Shown one piece after another: positions 37,901-46,775 of a DNA stretch of 64,000 nucleotides. Both the position numbers and the translations under genes were made by a program. The notes under the pieces were generated by a model. The model searched no databases. It was not told where the DNA came from and saw only the letters and a program-made list of their open reading frames with translations. Each line of letters opens with the position of its first letter. Within the stretch, counting starts at the first letter, position 1. The DNA comes from an uncultured virus (IMG/VR IMGVR_UViG_3300020577_013858) (taxonomy: Duplodnaviria; Heunggongvirae; Uroviricota; Caudoviricetes): the IMG/VR virus record IMGVR_UViG_3300020577_013858; one strand, 5' to 3'.

Positions 37901-39910
37901 ATCCGTTACCGTGAGGTCGTCGAGGTGCCGCTTGAGGAGCCGGTGCTCAACGCGCTCTCGTTCGCAGACGTGATGCCGCCCGTCCAAGCGATCCACGTGG
38001 CGCGCGGGTTCGAGGATCTCGCGGTCACGGTCGAGCTCCTCGCGGGCACGACCGACGACGACGCGGCGAAGGTCAAGCAGTCGCTCGCGTCCCTGCAAGA
38101 CAAGATGAAGCGCGCGGCCAAGACGCGCAGCTACACCGAGAACGCGCTCTTCACTCCTGTCGCGGTCGAGACGCGCGCGTCGGGGGTGATGCGCGCGCCT
38201 CCGGTGACCGGGCCTGGTTTCGAGGTGCGGATCAACCCCGACCGCTTCACCTACCTCACTGACGAGGCCCGCGATGCGGTGATCGGCAAGCAACAGGGGT
38301 TCGTCGAAGACTTCGCGCAGAGCACCGGGGCCACGCTGTTGTCGCGCCACGTCGCCGCGCTCGACAACGGGACGATCGTCACGGCACGGTGCGCTTCCAA
38401 CCAGCGCATCCCTCGCGCGAAGCTGCTTCCCGCGGAGCCGCTGGCCGCCGCGCTCGCGTCGATCGCGAGTTACATCACCGACAACGGGCACGAGTTCCTG
38501 TACGACCTCCACGTCGGGAAGTCGCAAATCGACCGCGCCAAGAAAGACGGGCGCGAGTACGACACGCCGCAACTCGCCGCGTTCGTCGAGCCGCTGCGCG
38601 ATTCGATGCGTGCCGACCCGACGTCGGTCGCGGCATCGTTCTGCACGAAGTACAACGAAGAGCCCTACGGCACGCGAAAGCGGTGGGCGCGCGGCGAGAA
38701 CGGCGACGCGCTGCGCGAGCACGTCAAGATCACGCTGGACCGCGCGATCAACGAACGCTGGACGTCGAGCGCGCGACGCGACACCAGCAACCTCGAAGAG
38801 CGTTCGATGTGGCCGCTCGTGCCGGTGCGTGAAGCGATCAACGCGCCGCTCCCGGGCGTGGTCGCGCTCTGGAAAGGGAACGAGATCGTCGCGGCGTACG
38901 ACGACAAGGAACAGGCGCCGGGCAAGATCATCGCGCTTTCGCGCACGGAGTTTCTGTACCTCTCGGCGGTCTCCAACGAGGTCGTGCGCGCGTCCGTCCA
39001 GGCGCGAGGCAGTGAGCCGTTCCGTCCGCAGCCCGAGAAGGATTACGTGGAGGCCCTCGACGAGTTCGTGAGCGCCGCGCAAGCGGGGTTCGAGGCGCGT
39101 CCGGTCGCACTCCAAGATCGACCCGAAGAGAGGTTCTCGCTCGTGTACTACAGCGACCGCGACCGCAAGGTCGTCGCCGCGCTCAACGCTGCGTCGGTGC
39201 AGCATCTCGTGAACGTCGTGCAACCCGACGACGCGAAGTTCGGCGCATCCAAAGACGGCAACCCGGCGAAGGTGGTCGTGTTCTTCCGTGAGGGGCGCGC
39301 GGTCGGGGCCATGCACGAGGCGCTCTTTTCGCCCGAAGTGCTCGCGTCGCCCGCGATGTTGCAGGCGTTGCGACAGACCCCGCCGCCTGTTGCCGTGCCT
39401 ACGCCGTCTTCCGTCGCCGCGCCTCCCGTCGCCGCGCCTCCCGTCGCCGCGCCTCCCGTCGCCGCGCCTCCCGTCGCCGCGCCTCCCGTGTCGCCCGCCG
39501 AGCTGGAGTTCCGTGACCGTCGCCGCGTGCAGGAGGAGGCCATCGCGGAGGTCGAGCGGGCGCGTGCGGTGATCGAGCGCGTTCCCAACGCAGGGACTCG
39601 CGCGTCGATGCTGGCCGAGCTCCCGACGCCCGACATGATCCGCAGTCCGATGCGGACGCGCGACGATGTGCGCGATCTCATGGCGAGCGTGCCCGAGACG
39701 GTGGCGCGCGCGGAAAAGCGCATTGCGGCGCTCGCCAAGTCGCCGCCCGCCCCGAGCGAGGCGCCCGTTGCACCTGCACCTGCACCTGCACCTGCACCTG
39801 CACCTCTGACGGCACCTGTCGTGCCCGCGTCGCCCGCGCCCGTCTCCGACGAGGACGTGTTGAGCGACGACGATCTCATCGCCGCCTTTGAAGCGAGGAT
39901 CAACCTGTGA
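31997..39910 (+). CDS. Polyvalent protein B (2637 aa), mostly unrecognised domains
   Basis: Long ORF of globular blocks separated by Pro/Ala linkers; one SH3/KOW-like segment (FEEGARVEIV...GRHGVV...YKVKTD). Confidence 0.85.
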   Translation: MATGAFNERVNLTPTIDALVQYEGAWRIVIVRANTDDVIDTVMLDDVREDAVDVVLDDLFAVVAEVEAELSPKTPAPAPTPEPAPTPEPAPTPEPAPTPEPAPTPEPAPTPEPAPTPDDEGADDEEADDEVRGAARNARIDPELVALRAYFERRYGELKTPAKERDAQALTYAVKLGVWQPRAFKADQKTNRKLFAEVTGVRIPAKIADARALFQGEAFPVKVALEPTTPGDLAWGGREDDHLVSFSTKAEAEIFATRYLKHEVARIAQPDALPVSVYRVYGDPLRRLMKALPGAFGDDTDVERGILIRATPPMYAPPMHVHRVDPARYEGRLTWLPTIHRDRYEGRSSLPSDAAALRVVYEAPSRSERATGEQMFALSDFFDRAVDPLNVEAMPEELRARVEAMRDLARDVDDDAGPGPAYDAMVDLLNDLDEYDERRRARLAETLNDPSVRRGDDRYRGLVTMVVPRDLDVEGVIELRGLSARSGEESERMYRAMTVAALAVRIWLVNLHDVWEVQPDDDVIVEPVCTLSIFDMTACDWSVRIPWHVGYDEAEVDRLRLIAGMALRRYGVTTDLPVRENDVAEGSEEADFYEAARGVIRSAIRATDNRPRRALAEPAPVRPRVEAPPAVEVQPAPVEAPPAVVEAPPAGPALNEVHRRILRAVKVEVAPGEGLDAARDALEDLASVAERGPARELLERAFAVMIYDDVVAGTPSESSLAEIERIEQDAANAVIPPTYYAEVPPEKPAPVEAPPAVEVQPAPTFDANTEPTDAPVESLPANNLERLAQVLQRVGRVVTVLYCVKGYTASLYFVSKVVRRVLTVKSPAVLAPGVNVEVRGSWRHDDGTVEQDATYRFPDKTIPAEMAFYAWDGDVALPALQVTAEEQTAVDLRAAGTTAVPLVAGPLRGDYRPTPFTYYDFNPLADPKNAPKFEEGARVEIVKNRDSNYAPNTPMDAGFVGRHGVVSSVVSVMYGRGEVLHRYKVKTDGGAVGDSFNAGQLVREEGEAPIVPADPASGRMPLDLLQSAVNHDRSAQGHRTTAAGRRKWEYKSRDLAQAAAAEKRRDEAIELLRPWVALHPEAMRHELAALNSTIPSHADVLALARRFKLVPEAPVVPSPAPTAGSANVVTEAQRREARAIIASMASGASASWMFHGAGFRRDGSRPGELAVRLLVLSNGGQLAAMVQTDGKYSELVDVNFEDYNDIDIGIKPQAPAEMEATLASLPDVEAPATPAPTSDAAKVSPEPSGPRAVSSLPKPVGPNAEPSLDGIAVIVDKNGVERIALATQRGTRTQQKVSAAKREGKWRFWFGVKIWTAILTRSWGGRNESALALARELDPGFDPNMPRVRLAGAGDDEGDEGDDAASESSTSAAAPTATPEAPPAQPAATPRVEVIVRRYRDAVVAELTWEEGAKFRETTFVRGRYGKGTTNTTSYDATTQSASRTLGASVSQLRETGLDRRNPYEDVNYIPYGPYITDRRRWGRVFLRAIATKYAAFPERFVTERMKQVQASFEAFFESRGCKVTSETIVAVAPPERFLQWPVEFDVIETVVGRGHDQDGVEELLDSYLPIDQPRDASRVFRALLVPRDQLDFQMARYRRNGSTYPAIAADVETVFNRRNMRDTVVLREAYTRFVVVEADYTASPFEDMARNTPSVRFDEAARWAARDDRGGYDTNEWLGMEATTLARAIHAAQDAGVATKLCARVYFGDQMPNDLYYGDLVLSSEVIARFEPGDTIAKRALALADVNEWFAKRVASATERDQRTIAKVSAMSVKDVKAEYGMTRDDKLRELRDDVERTALSVREDWAGYIRAASILRAFGANLVPEVVETCRQHETPSGATLYRLPSDDHPRRVAIEVRLRRSEDHNRVVFVIEGRREERLFRLRAIHDTALAFPFTTPPTFASRMFGYFGFWDQSNRLELQFPFDADVDVLRREAHAFVVKVAAEFAELDNWPVASLSESNLRHAGIRYREVVEVPLEEPVLNALSFADVMPPVQAIHVARGFEDLAVTVELLAGTTDDDAAKVKQSLASLQDKMKRAAKTRSYTENALFTPVAVETRASGVMRAPPVTGPGFEVRINPDRFTYLTDEARDAVIGKQQGFVEDFAQSTGATLLSRHVAALDNGTIVTARCASNQRIPRAKLLPAEPLAAALASIASYITDNGHEFLYDLHVGKSQIDRAKKDGREYDTPQLAAFVEPLRDSMRADPTSVAASFCTKYNEEPYGTRKRWARGENGDALREHVKITLDRAINERWTSSARRDTSNLEERSMWPLVPVREAINAPLPGVVALWKGNEIVAAYDDKEQAPGKIIALSRTEFLYLSAVSNEVVRASVQARGSEPFRPQPEKDYVEALDEFVSAAQAGFEARPVALQDRPEERFSLVYYSDRDRKVVAALNAASVQHLVNVVQPDDAKFGASKDGNPAKVVVFFREGRAVGAMHEALFSPEVLASPAMLQALRQTPPPVAVPTPSSVAAPPVAAPPVAAPPVAAPPVAAPPVSPAELEFRDRRRVQEEAIAEVERARAVIERVPNAGTRASMLAELPTPDMIRSPMRTRDDVRDLMASVPETVARAEKRIAALAKSPPAPSEAPVAPAPAPAPAPAPLTAPVVPASPAPVSDEDVLSDDDLIAAFEARINL
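32215..32349 (+). repeat. 18-bp tandem repeat CCGACGCCCGAACCTGCA (PTPEPA linker)
   Basis: About 6-7 copies. Confidence 0.95.
39412..39489 (+). repeat. 15-bp tandem repeat GTCGCCGCGCCTCCC x5 (VAAPP)
   Basis: Perfect repeats. Confidence 0.95.
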
Positions 39911-42900
39911 GCGAGACGACGACCATCACCTCCGAAGAGAGCGTGCTGCGCGAGGTTCCGATCGACGCGACGCGCGTGCTGCGCTTCATCCGCAACATCG
40001 ACACCAAGGCCCTGCGCATTTCGATCCACAACCTGCGCACGGGCAAGGATCTCAAGTCGTGGCCGCTCACGAAGCGCACCAAAGAGGAAATCGACGGCGT
40101 GATGAACGCCGTCGCAGAGGTGCGCGCGCTCATCGCGCAGAAGACCGCCGCCCCGGCAACGCCCACGGCAACGCCTGCAACGCCCACGGCAACGCCTGCA
40201 ACGCCCACGGCGACGCCCCCGGAGGTGTCGCCCGGGTTGCCGCCGCGCGCAGACGGCCCGGTGCTTCTGGGGCACGACGTGTTCAAGGCGCGGGATGGGG
40301 GCATGGCCGCGTGGCCGGTCACGGTCTCTGCGGCGCTCTACAACCGTCTCGTCGTGCCGCAAGGGGATCGCGAAGACCACTTCGGCACGCTCGAAGGCAA
40401 CGCGCTGCGCATCGTCCGGGGCGTGCAGCGGGCTGTGCGGGATGCGATTGAGCGCGGGGCCAGCCCCACGGAGCCCATCGTCTACTCGCACGCGAAGTAC
40501 GACCCCGAGAACAAGGGCTTCTCCGAGCCAAATCCGAAGTTCCCGGGGTTCATCCTCAAGATCGACGACACCGTGCGTCTGCGCGTCGTGCTCGGTTCCG
40601 AAGGCCCCGAGGCGCTCGTGCTCGCGCTTGCGTCGGAGCCCGACACGGCGCCCGACACGGCGCCCGACACGGCGCCCGACACGGCGCCCACCACGGCGGT
40701 ACAACCGGAGGCTCCGCCGTCGCGACCTCTGCGTGTCGAGCCGCTTCCGATCGACACCGACGCGGACTGCCAGGCGACCCTTCGCGCGATTCAGGCGCTC
40801 GACGAGAGTGATCGCGCGCGGGGCTTCATGCGCGGAGACAAGCCGCGCACGCTGGCGAATCTCTGCGCGATGCGCGTGCTCGCGTCGAAGGTGCCCGGCG
40901 AGCAGCTCACGAATGCGGAGCGCGAGCTCGTGCGCTTTTACTCGGGGTGGGGCGGTCTGTCGATCGAGCTCAACGACGACCAGTTTCCGGCCGGTTTCCC
41001 CAAGCCCGAGGCCCGCGGGCTCATTCACGAGTTCTACACGCCGCCCGACGTGTGCGATGCCGTCGCCGCCGTCGTGGCGAAGATTCTCGGCGAGCTCCCG
41101 CGCAACGAATCGAACCGTGTCGTCGCGCTCGAACCCTCGGCGGGCATCGGACGCTTCGTGAACGCCGCGACCGCGCGTGAAGACCTCGCGCCGCTCGACT
41201 GGCACGTCGTCGAATACAGCAAGGTCTCGGCGCGTCTCGTGCGCGCGCTGCACCCGACCCTGGACGTGTTCGAGGGGCCGTTTGAGAAGTGGGTCGAGGA
41301 AAACGCAGAGGTCTACGAGGGAGAGGTCGGTCTCGTGCTCTCGAACCCTCCCTATGGCGCGCGTGGCAGCGCCCGAGGGCTCGACCGCGACAGTCGGTAC
41401 AGCCCCGACACGCATAAGGAGTTGAAGGAGGCGTGGGCCTACTTCGTGCGGCGCACGTCCGATCTCGTCGCGCGCGCGGGTCTCGCCGTGTTCCTGATTC
41501 CGAGCGGGTTCATGACGGGCTCGACGCCCAACAACCGCAAGATCCGTCACGACGTGCTGCGTCGCCATCACCTCGCGGGCGCGTTCCGGCTCCCGAGCGC
41601 GCTCTTCCCGGGCGCGGGCCTGGAGGGCGGGGCTGGATTCATCACAGACCTCGTATTCCTTCGCTCGCGCGGCGGCAAGCTCGGGGTCGTGCCGAAGGGC
41701 GACGAGTACATCGACGAGGGGCGCTACTTCGAAGAGCACCCGGAGCGCATCCTCGGGACGCTTTCCAAGGGCACGGGGCGCTACGGGGGCGACGAGGTGC
41801 TCGGAACGTTCCAGGGTCTTCCCGACCTCCCGATGCGCCCGCTCACGCCCGACGCGATGGCGCCCGAGGTGTCGCGCAAGGCCATCACGCCCGAGGCCCG
41901 CGAGGCCCGCGTCGCGCGTCGCCGCGCGGACATCGTGCGCAAGATGACCGAACAATTCGAGGGGCTTTCGCCCGCGGCGGCCCTCGCCGTGCAGATCGGT
42001 CGGAGGGTGGATAGCTACTTCGAGCTGGCCGCCAAGGGCGACTCGGACGTCCACGTGCGGATGCACCCGGAACTGCTGTTGCAGCTCCAAGACTACCAAC
42101 GACAGTTCGGCAACCCGCGTCTGCGCGAAGACCTCGCCGACCTCGTGAAGATGGGCAACGCGGCGACCATCCGCTTTCTCCAGGCGTTCGACGAGAGCGG
42201 ACAGAACCTCTCGGACGCGATGCTCGTTCCGCCTGTGTGGGAGCCGCGACTCACCCATCGCGTCGAGACGATCGCGGACGCGCTCGAAAGCGTCCGCCTT
42301 TCCAACCCGACACGCACTCTCGTGCTCGGAAAGATGCCGCTCGCGCTCGGGGACGCGCTCGGTGTGGACATGGCGACGGCCAACCGTCGCGTGCGGGAGA
42401 GTCTGGTCGAGCTCTACGAGGCCGGATGGCGTCTCCAAGGGGCCGCGCTCGACGAACTCGTGCCGCGCGCGGAGCTCCTCGTCGGGCACCTCTGGCCGAA
42501 GTATGACCTCGCCAACGCCGTCGCCACCGAGGCCGCGCACCCGCTCGCGCCGCAAGGCATGGTGCAGGGGTCGCTCCCGCGGTCGTGGCTCGCGGTGCAG
42601 GCGAAGGAGATCCTCGCGGCGATCAACCCCGCGACCGTGGGCGACTTCGCGTTCCGTCCTGACGAGGCATGGCTCCCGCCTGCGGTGATCGCGCAGTGGA
42701 TCTACGAATCTTTCGCGCGCCCCTACGGGCATCCCTACGTCGAGTTGGAACGGCGCGACACGTTTCTGACGCCGGTCGGCACGCCGTGGGAGAAGTTCGG
42801 GGCTGCGATGATGCCCCACGAAGGCGCCCGCTTCCTCGGGTGGATCAACCGCGACAAAGACCTCTTTCGCGAGACGGCCACGGTCGTCAACGGCGAGCTC

Positions 42901-45900
42901 ATCGAGTCGGCCGACGAGAAGCGGACGAAGATCGCAACGGGGTGGATGCAACTGTTCGCGAAGTGGTTTCCGACCGACCCGGCGCGCGTCGCCGCCGTCG
43001 AGAACGCCTACAACCGGACCTTCCGCGGGACGCGCCTGCCTGAACCCACCGCGGAGCCGCTCGGAATCCTTCGGTGGGCGACGACCGGGCCGAAGGCCCG
43101 CAAGCTGCGCGCGCATCAGATCACGGGCGTGCGAAGGCTTCGCGCGCGCAACTGGTCCGGGGTCGAAGCGCTCGACGTCGGCGTCGGGAAGACCTACCTG
43201 GCACTCGCGGCCATCGCGCTCGCGCGGCAAGAGGGGCGCGTTCGGCGCCCCGTGGTGTGCGTGCCGAACAGCATCGCGTGGAAGTGGTACAAGGATTTCG
43301 CCGAACAGCTCCCGACCTACAGGGTTGCGGTGATCGGCTCCAAGCGTCGCAAGGTGCGGCGCGGCAACGTGCAGGTCGAGGTCTCGGACACCGACACGCC
43401 CGAGGAGCGCGCGGCGAAGTGGACCGCGTTTCAGGCGGGCGCCTATGACGCCGTGATCCTCACCTACTCCGCGCTCGGACGCACGCAGATGAACGAGACC
43501 GAGCTCGAAGACTATTTCGCGCACTGCGAGGATATCAAGCGCGAGAAGCTCATCGCCAAGAAAAAGGCGTCGGGCAAGTTCGAGAAGTACAAGCAGAAGA
43601 TCGAGGCCATTCAGGCGAAGATCGCGAAGATCGAAGAGACGCTCGCGTTCAACGCGAAGGCCGCGCTCGCGAAGAAAAAGGAGCGCAGAGTTCCGTCGCT
43701 GAACAAGCTCGAAGCCGCCATGTGGGCGAAGTTTCAAGAGCAGGGCGGGCAGCTCTCCGAGCGGAACGAGGCCATCCTCCAAGAGTCGATCCGCGCGCAA
43801 CTGTCGGAGATCCTCGCGCTTCCCGAGAAGCAGGTTCACGACCCGGGCATCGTGTGGGGCGACCTCGGGGTGGACATGCTCATCGTGGACGAAGCACAGA
43901 ACTTCGCGAACGGATACGAGCCGTCGAACGTGAACGAGGCGGGCATCCCCGACGAACGCCCCGTGCGCTACCTCAACGGCGGCGCGGAGTCCGAGGGCGT
44001 CAAGCGCTTCTGGTGGCTCGACTTCCGTGCGATGACCGTGCGCAAGCGCCAGAACGGCGGCGGGGTGATCCTGCTTTCGGCCACGCCCGCGAAGAACAGC
44101 CCGAAAGAGCTCTACAACCTCTGGCAGATCGTCGATCACGACTACTTCCGCGCGATGGGCGTGCGGACCATCGACGATTTCGTCGCGCGCTACTGTGTCA
44201 TCGGCATCCGCACCATCTCAGACGCCGAAGGGAACGTGAAGAACGGCAAGGCCCTCGTTGGCTTCAAGAACTGCGACGAGCTGCGCGAGGTCATCTATCG
44301 CATGGCGGAGTTCAAGACCGCCGAAGACGTGGGGATCAAATTGCCGACGCCGTTCGTCGAGTACGCCGACGACCTCGGGGGCACGTACGATCAGCGCGAC
44401 GGCAAGTTCTACGATTCGTCCGGTCGGGAGGTCGATATCCTCGAAGTCGGCATCACCATGAGCCGCGAACAGCAAGCGCGCACCGAGGCTGCGCGCCAGG
44501 AGATCCGAAACGCCAAGGATGAACTGCGGGCGCGCAAAATCTCTCCCGGGCGCGCGAAGGCGCTCATCGGCGGCGCGATGATGCGCCTCTCCATGATCGC
44601 CGTGCATCCCGGGCTCGCGGAGTACAAGACCGTCGAGGTGCCTGCGACCGACCCCGATGATGACGAACCGTTGCTCGACGAGGGCGGCCAGCCCGTCATG
44701 AAAGAGGTTTCGCAACGCATTTGGGAGTGGGAGAACGCCGACGAGTACAAGCACCCGCACTCCCCGAAGTTCGACGTCTGCGCGAAGACGATCACGCGGA
44801 ACCTCGCGTGCGGACAGGTGGTGATTGCGCCGAAGGGTCGCGAGTCGGTGTTCGTGGATGTGCTGGTCGAGAACGGCACGCCGCCCGAGGTGATCCTCAC
44901 CTACGACGACGCGAGCAAGGCCCCGGAGCTCGCCCGGTTCGCGTCGGGCCAAATCCGCAAGCCGGGCGACTATCACGTGGTCGTCACCAACCGCGAGCTC
45001 TACGAAGCGGGCGGCATCGCGAAGATGTCGTGCGCGGTGTTCGCGGAAGATTCCTACGGCGACGACGAGAAGCTCAAGGCCATGGCGCGCGCTGTGTTCA
45101 TTGCGCGCACGTGCGGACACATCGTGTTCGTCGATCAACTCGCGGCGCACAAGTGGCTCAAGCGCGTGCTGGTCGAGGCGGGTGTGCCCGCCGAGCGCAT
45201 CGCGATCCTCAATGCCAAGAGCGCCTCGACGCTCGAACGCCAGCGCATCGCCGAGGCGTTCAACGGGAACCCCGACGAACTCGCCGAGCCGAGCATCGAC
45301 GTCGTGATCGCGAACGCGGTGGCCTACGAGGGCGTAGACCTCAACGCGCGCACCTGCGCGATTCACCATCTCGATTTCCCGTGGACGCCCGCGCTCCTGC
45401 AACAGCGCAACGGGCGCGGCGTGCGACAGGGCAACGTGCTCGCGTCGATTCGGATCATCTACTACTTCGCGAAGCGCTCGTTCGACGGAAAGCGCTTCAT
45501 GACCATTCGTGGCAAAGGCTTCTGGATCAACGAGTTGGTGAAGGGGAACGATCGCGTCACCAACAACCCGGGGGCGGGCTTCGACCTCGACGAAGACGAC
45601 ATCGACCTCTTCGTCGCCGCGAACCCCGAAGAGGTGCGCAAGGCACAGAAGATCGCGCGCGCGAAGGGGGTCTTGAAGACGGCCGAACGCAGCCGCGACC
45701 GCGCGGTGGAGACGCTGCGAAGAGCCAACGAAGAGTTCCGGCGCGCGGAGTCGGCGAGCGACCCGAACCTCCGTCAGACCCTCGTCGCGAAGGCCGAGAC
45801 GTTCCTGGGGTATGCGCTCGGAGCCGACTCCGCCGCGTGGCCCTGGACCGAGCTCGCGACGCGCGCGCGCACGGAGCAGGTGATGGTGCTGGACACGGGG

Positions 45901-46707
45901 CTTCCGCTCTACGAAGGGCTCCGCCTGGCCGTGCCGAGCGTCGATGGCGCCACGACGACCTACTACGAGGTCGGTCGGATCGCGCCCGAGGGGACGGCGG
46001 CCACGCTGCGCACCGTGGGCGTGCGATTCGCGGACAAGATCGCGGTCGGCGTCAACGGCGACCTCTGGCCGTTGCGTGACGAGGCCGGGCTCAAGGCGAC
46101 GGTGGGCGTCACGCGCCCGGTGCAGCTCGAAGACGGCGAGATCAAAGAGGAGATCGGTCGAGTCCCGGTGCTCACGCCCGCGGGCGTGAACCCGGCCGAC
46201 TTCCCCGAGGCCGAAGATCGCGCGGCGGTCGCGAAGTACCTCGACCCCGTGATCGCGCAAGGGAAGTTCAACAACTGGTCGGAGCTCGCGCTCTACCGCG
46301 CGCCCGATGCGTGGCTGCGCGCGTTGTGGGCGTCGCGCGGCGCGGACCTCTGCGCGATGGTCGCCCGTGACACCGCCGAGTCCACCGCGCGGCTCGTGCC
46401 TGCGAAGATGGGGGCGATGCTCGTGCTCGTCGCGAAGCGGGATGCGTCGCGCCCCGACGTGCAGGTGTTCGCCCCGACGCGCGAAGGGTTCCGCGCGTAC
46501 CTCGACGCCGCCGCCGCCGCGCCCGAGAACATGCACAAGCACACCGAGCACGTGGGCGCGGTGCGGTTTTGGTGGGGCGACTTCGCGGCGATGACCCTCC
46601 GCCCGGGGTTCCTCGCTTCGAAGGCCCGCGAGGTCCGACGCGCCGCCGAAGATGCCGCAGAGGCCGCGCGCGCCGCGAATTCCACCGAGCCCGCCGCCAC
46701 CCCCTGA
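39907..46707 (+). CDS. DarB-like N6-adenine DNA methyltransferase - SNF2-type helicase fusion (2266 aa)
   Basis: YSGWGG, EFYTP, LEPSAGIGRF, SNPPYG; DVGVGKT, IVDEAQ, LSATP, EGVDL, PWTP..LQQRNGRGVRQGN. Confidence 0.92.
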   Translation: MSETTTITSEESVLREVPIDATRVLRFIRNIDTKALRISIHNLRTGKDLKSWPLTKRTKEEIDGVMNAVAEVRALIAQKTAAPATPTATPATPTATPATPTATPPEVSPGLPPRADGPVLLGHDVFKARDGGMAAWPVTVSAALYNRLVVPQGDREDHFGTLEGNALRIVRGVQRAVRDAIERGASPTEPIVYSHAKYDPENKGFSEPNPKFPGFILKIDDTVRLRVVLGSEGPEALVLALASEPDTAPDTAPDTAPDTAPTTAVQPEAPPSRPLRVEPLPIDTDADCQATLRAIQALDESDRARGFMRGDKPRTLANLCAMRVLASKVPGEQLTNAERELVRFYSGWGGLSIELNDDQFPAGFPKPEARGLIHEFYTPPDVCDAVAAVVAKILGELPRNESNRVVALEPSAGIGRFVNAATAREDLAPLDWHVVEYSKVSARLVRALHPTLDVFEGPFEKWVEENAEVYEGEVGLVLSNPPYGARGSARGLDRDSRYSPDTHKELKEAWAYFVRRTSDLVARAGLAVFLIPSGFMTGSTPNNRKIRHDVLRRHHLAGAFRLPSALFPGAGLEGGAGFITDLVFLRSRGGKLGVVPKGDEYIDEGRYFEEHPERILGTLSKGTGRYGGDEVLGTFQGLPDLPMRPLTPDAMAPEVSRKAITPEAREARVARRRADIVRKMTEQFEGLSPAAALAVQIGRRVDSYFELAAKGDSDVHVRMHPELLLQLQDYQRQFGNPRLREDLADLVKMGNAATIRFLQAFDESGQNLSDAMLVPPVWEPRLTHRVETIADALESVRLSNPTRTLVLGKMPLALGDALGVDMATANRRVRESLVELYEAGWRLQGAALDELVPRAELLVGHLWPKYDLANAVATEAAHPLAPQGMVQGSLPRSWLAVQAKEILAAINPATVGDFAFRPDEAWLPPAVIAQWIYESFARPYGHPYVELERRDTFLTPVGTPWEKFGAAMMPHEGARFLGWINRDKDLFRETATVVNGELIESADEKRTKIATGWMQLFAKWFPTDPARVAAVENAYNRTFRGTRLPEPTAEPLGILRWATTGPKARKLRAHQITGVRRLRARNWSGVEALDVGVGKTYLALAAIALARQEGRVRRPVVCVPNSIAWKWYKDFAEQLPTYRVAVIGSKRRKVRRGNVQVEVSDTDTPEERAAKWTAFQAGAYDAVILTYSALGRTQMNETELEDYFAHCEDIKREKLIAKKKASGKFEKYKQKIEAIQAKIAKIEETLAFNAKAALAKKKERRVPSLNKLEAAMWAKFQEQGGQLSERNEAILQESIRAQLSEILALPEKQVHDPGIVWGDLGVDMLIVDEAQNFANGYEPSNVNEAGIPDERPVRYLNGGAESEGVKRFWWLDFRAMTVRKRQNGGGVILLSATPAKNSPKELYNLWQIVDHDYFRAMGVRTIDDFVARYCVIGIRTISDAEGNVKNGKALVGFKNCDELREVIYRMAEFKTAEDVGIKLPTPFVEYADDLGGTYDQRDGKFYDSSGREVDILEVGITMSREQQARTEAARQEIRNAKDELRARKISPGRAKALIGGAMMRLSMIAVHPGLAEYKTVEVPATDPDDDEPLLDEGGQPVMKEVSQRIWEWENADEYKHPHSPKFDVCAKTITRNLACGQVVIAPKGRESVFVDVLVENGTPPEVILTYDDASKAPELARFASGQIRKPGDYHVVVTNRELYEAGGIAKMSCAVFAEDSYGDDEKLKAMARAVFIARTCGHIVFVDQLAAHKWLKRVLVEAGVPAERIAILNAKSASTLERQRIAEAFNGNPDELAEPSIDVVIANAVAYEGVDLNARTCAIHHLDFPWTPALLQQRNGRGVRQGNVLASIRIIYYFAKRSFDGKRFMTIRGKGFWINELVKGNDRVTNNPGAGFDLDEDDIDLFVAANPEEVRKAQKIARAKGVLKTAERSRDRAVETLRRANEEFRRAESASDPNLRQTLVAKAETFLGYALGADSAAWPWTELATRARTEQVMVLDTGLPLYEGLRLAVPSVDGATTTYYEVGRIAPEGTAATLRTVGVRFADKIAVGVNGDLWPLRDEAGLKATVGVTRPVQLEDGEIKEEIGRVPVLTPAGVNPADFPEAEDRAAVAKYLDPVIAQGKFNNWSELALYRAPDAWLRALWASRGADLCAMVARDTAESTARLVPAKMGAMLVLVAKRDASRPDVQVFAPTREGFRAYLDAAAAAPENMHKHTEHVGAVRFWWGDFAAMTLRPGFLASKAREVRRAAEDAAEAARAANSTEPAATP

Positions 46708-46719
46708 GAAGCCTTCGCA
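46705..46719. repeat. Dispersed palindrome copy 6 (one mismatch) overlapping the DarB-like stop
   Basis: TGAGAAGCCTTCGCA. Confidence 0.7.
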
Positions 46720-46740
46720 CGTACTCCATCCTTCAGACTG

Positions 46741-46769
46741 TTGCTTGTTTGCGCGAATGAACGTAGGTT
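46741..46769 (+). promoter_or_regulatory. Putative promoter TTGCTT-N17-TAGGTT
   Basis: ATG 6 nt downstream, no Shine-Dalgarno. Confidence 0.55.
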
Positions 46770-46775
46770 TTTCGC

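Noticed and set aside
31057..40690. Repeat arrays as CRISPR arrays
   Set aside because: Units are contiguous with no unique spacers, are in frame and encode Pro/Ala linkers; no cas genes seen
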